Assembly: GCA_964187785.1 (NCBI GenBank)
Contig: OZ076409.1
Location: 31,126,001-31,190,000 of the forward strand
Reading direction: 5' to 3'
Origin: Amphiscolops sp. MND2022
Lineage: Eukaryota
DNA length: 64,000 bases
The notes below the pieces were generated by a model. It saw only the letters and a list, made by a program, of their open reading frames with translations. It did no database searches and was not told where the DNA came from. Positions 60,505 through 64,000 of this stretch are shown one piece after another. The position numbers and the translations under genes are program-made. Numbering within the stretch: position 1 is the first letter of the stretch; every line of letters starts with the position of its first letter.

Positions 60505-63500
60505 ATTACAAAGCCAAGATTTTCTTTGAAGACAAAGGGGGTTCCCTTTGACGCAATTGGAGTTTTTCATTGCATAGTGCCGATGAAACCGTAAGTCCTT
60601 CGCATAGGTAATGAGAAAACTCTCATCAGTCCCACAGTTCAAAACATTACCGAGTATGTCATCCCTAAGGCTTGGAAAAAGAATTACCCGAACCGAAATT
60701 ATCAAATAACGAAAATTTAGTTGAAAAAACTTTCACCTTTTTCAATGTCTTCGTTAAGTTGCATAAGTTGACTAAACTTCTAAGGAGAACTCAATTGTTT
60801 CAGAACAATGTTTCTGTTAAGCTATCAAGGGGGCAATTCAGATGTTCCGAGAAAAAGTCAAGAAAGTTGCAAAAAAACTGAAAAACCCCAATGGTTTTTC
60901 CTCTACCATTGCAAGCGTATTCAAAAGTTTACCAAAAAAGTTTCATAGTGCCAAAAAACGCAGAAGAGGGGACCTTTTGGGTTTTTTCCTTGTCCAGTTG
61001 GGCGCAGAAAATCAAAATACCCAAAGAGGGAACATCAAAACACCTTTCGCGACATCAAAAAGCTTCTGAAAAAAAGTCTCCCAATGCCGAAAAAAAACAG
61101 TAAAGCCCAACCTCCTGAGCTGTATAGTAAAGAAATCGGTATTACCTATTACCCATTGGTGGCAAACTTTGGAAGCACTCGAGAGTGCTGTTTGGTCAGG
61201 TAGGAAGGACTATGTATTCTGAAATTCTAATAAAATTTTGAAATATATATAAATTCAAATGAGCACCGATTTCCGGGCTGGCTTTTATCAAAACCCATGT
61301 AGCATTTCGTTTATTTTACATTGTAGTAAAATTTGGAAATAGAACTTTGTCTTTGTTGGTGCTTTTCCATCTATTTCACCACTGACTTAGTACGAATGAA
61401 TTGACTTCTGGTGGCGAATAATTCAGCCTTGTGTCACTAGGGTAAAAACGGGAAAATCGTTTCACGCTAGCTTCTAGGAAACTTGCTTCACTCGATGGTC
61501 GGCAGAGTACGGATTGATGACTGTAGTGTACCAGATCGTTATTTTCCTTTAACTTTACTGCAAATTTGATGGGGGGTTGAAGCGAACGAGTGTTAATCAT
61601 TCGTTCGCTGAGAGCTTCGCCTGCATTCAAATGCGAAGGCGAAACTTCGTCCACGCTTAGTGGTTATGTCACTGTTACGAGAAGAATTAACTCGGATTGG
61701 AGGTTGAACTCGGAATGGAGGATCCATCCAAAAATCTGGTACTTAAACTTTAAACACTGGCTACGGACTTTGCGCCGAAACTTCGCACGCATTGTGCCTG
61801 TGACTGCATTCCAGCATGTTTCAAAACATGCTTGAGTCTCTTTCACCCAATCGTGTCCTAAGTGGGATAAAGAGGCCACACAAGAAAACAAAAAAACGGA
61901 AATTTTACTCTCATATTTTTGATGTTCTGGTCCCGTTTTTAGTCGGTGTTTTCGAAGAAAATCCCGACTCTTACAGTGGCTAGTTTTTTTCGTCAGTTCA
62001 ACGCGATCGGTCCACTTTTTTTGTTCATTTGTTCAACCTCTTGGCCGACTAATTTTCTGATGTCTGAGAAGCAGGAAGGCGTGGGTTCGATTCTCGCACC
62101 AAATCACAATTTTTTTCCTTCAAAAGTATAGTCAAGACCAAAGGGTCCCCCATTTGCGGTTTTTTCGGCACTATGCGACATTTTTCCGAAAAAATTTTCA
62201 ATTTTATCAAAGCGTACCCCCTTGAGTATTTTGAAGTTTTCGGTTTGTAAAAAACGTTTTTCTGCACCTAAAAGGTCTCTTTTTTGGGGTTTGCGATTTT
62301 TTTTACCAAATACTTTTTTTGAAAAACAAATTTTCCAAATATTTTCAATTGTTGTTCCTTGAATATTTTTGAGCCGTAGACATTACGATACATATGCCGC
62401 TAAAGGGGAAATTATCATTAAGTGTAAAGTGTATTTTCTGTAAAACGAGAACGAACCGTATTCTAGTCAAAAAGTGCATCGTGTTCATCGCAAGTTGTGA
62501 TGCACAGTGTGATCAGAAATTGCGGATTGTGATCATTGAGCGTAATTAGAGAGAAAAGTGGAAACCAGTAAAGATTTTTGGTATACACCGTGAGTAAGAA
62601 TGGCTCCAAACGATGCTTCCATTCGTGTGTGAAGTGGAAACCAGTCACAGTACGTAATTGTAGAGATTACAAAGCCAAGATTTTCTTTGAAAACAAAGGG
62701 GGTTCCCTTTGACGAAATTGGAGTTTTTCATTGCATAGTGCCGATGAAACCGTAAGTCCTTCGCATAGGTGATGAGAAAACTCTCATCAGTCTCACAGTT
62801 CAAAACATTACCGAGTATGTCATCCCTAAGGCTTGGAAAAAGCCGAACCGAAATTATCAAATAACGGAAATTTAGTTGAAAAAACTTTCACCTTTTTCAA
62901 TGTCTTCGTTAAGTTGCATAAGTTGACTAAACTTCTAAGGAGACCTCAATTGTTTCAGAACAATGTTTCTGTTAAGCTATCAAGGGGGCAATTCAGATGT
63001 TCCGAGAAAAAGTCAAGAAAGTTGCAAAAAAACTGAAAAACCCCAATGGGTTTTCCTCTACCATTGCAAGCGTATTCAAAATTTTACCAAAAAAGTTTCA
63101 GAGTGCCAAAAAACGCAGAAGAGGGGACCTTTTGGGTTTTTTTTGTCCAGTTGGGCGGAGAAAATCAAAATACCCAACGAGGGAACATCAAAACACCTTT
63201 CGCGACATCAAAAAGTTTCTGAAAAAAAGTCTCCCAATGCCGAAAAAAACAGTAAAGCCCAACCTCCTGAGCTGTATAGTAAAGAAATCGGTATCAACTA
63301 ATACCCATTGGTGGAAAATTTGGAAGCACTCGAGAGTGCTGTTTGGTCAGGTAGGAAGGACTATGTATTCTGAAATTCTAATAAAATTTTGAAATATATA
63401 TAAATTCAAATGAGCCCCGATTTCCGGGCTGGCTTTTATCAAAACCCATGTAGCTTTAAACATTGGAGGTTGAACTCGGAATGGAGAATCCATCCAAAAA

Positions 63501-63999
63501 TCTGGTGCCTAAACTTTAAACACTGGTTACGGACTTTGCGCCGAAACTTCGCACGCATTGTGCCTGTGACTGCATTCCAGCATGTTTCAAAACATGCTTG
63601 AGTCTCTTTCACCCAATCGTGTCCCCAGTGGGATAAAGAAGCCACACAAGAAAACAAAAAAACGGAAATTTTACTCTCATATTTTTGATGTTCTGGTCCC
63701 GTTATTAGTCGGTGTTTTCGAAGAAAATCCCGACTCTCACAGTGGCTAGTTTTTTTCGTCAGTTCAACGCGATCGGTCCACTTTTTTTGTTCATTTGTTC
63801 AACTTCTTGGCCGACTAATTTTCTGATGTCTGAGAAGCAGGAAGGCGTGGGTTCGATTCTCGCACCAAATCACAATTTTTTTCCTTCAAAAGTATAGTCG
63901 AGACCAAAGGGTCCCCCATTTGCGGTTTTTTCGGCACTATGCGACATTTTTCCGAAAAAATTTTCAATTTTATCAAAGCGTACCCCCTTGAGATTTTTG
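60505..63999. repeat. Direct duplication: ~60505-62240 and ~62666 to window end; copy 2 lacks ~390 bp
   Basis: Duplicated ORFs 60493/62645, 60672/62833, 61664/63439, and identical translations of 61946 and 63712. Confidence 0.95.
62040..62120 (+). mobile_element. tRNA-derived (SINE-like) fragment; duplicate near 63806-63885
   Basis: B-box-like gtgggttcgattctcgcacca followed by a T-run; no convincing cloverleaf. Confidence 0.45.
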
Positions 64000-64000
64000 A

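Noticed and set aside
62040..62120. Functional tRNA gene
   Set aside because: Only a B-box/T-arm-like segment; no acceptor or anticodon stems could be built.

Overview
AT-rich, repeat-dense eukaryotic DNA, probably invertebrate animal (inferred from spliceosomal introns, LTR retrotransposons and satellites); no intact host gene is recognisable. In order: (1) a >=5.8-kb diverged palindrome carrying two intron-containing thymidine kinase pseudogenes, whose arms run into an 84-bp satellite; (2) a decayed Polinton/Maverick (adintovirus-like) element A (pPolB, major and minor capsid, integrase, adenain-like protease), whose capsid gene is split by a Ty3/Gypsy element with paired LTRs, PBS, PPT and TSD; (3) a better-preserved Polinton B (minor capsid, Zn-ribbon/amphipathic protein, two A32-like ATPases, integrase, MCP, pPolB fragment) studded with GC-rich GCGAAGC/GCAAAGC mini-hairpin motifs, many inside ORFs; (4) after a 200-N gap, a probable ~14-kb CMC/EnSpm (CACTA-type) transposon whose transposase reading frame begins with a SET histone-methyltransferase-like domain, plus a BEN-like second gene and ~160-bp satellite arrays; (5) a ~175-bp CpG-rich satellite interrupted by an LTR fragment, relic Polinton-type ATPases and a ~1.7-kb direct duplication. 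The strongest novelty candidates are the SET-transposase fusion and the Polinton mini-hairpin insertions. All protein calls come from reading motifs by eye; no database search was run, and pseudogene boundaries are approximate.
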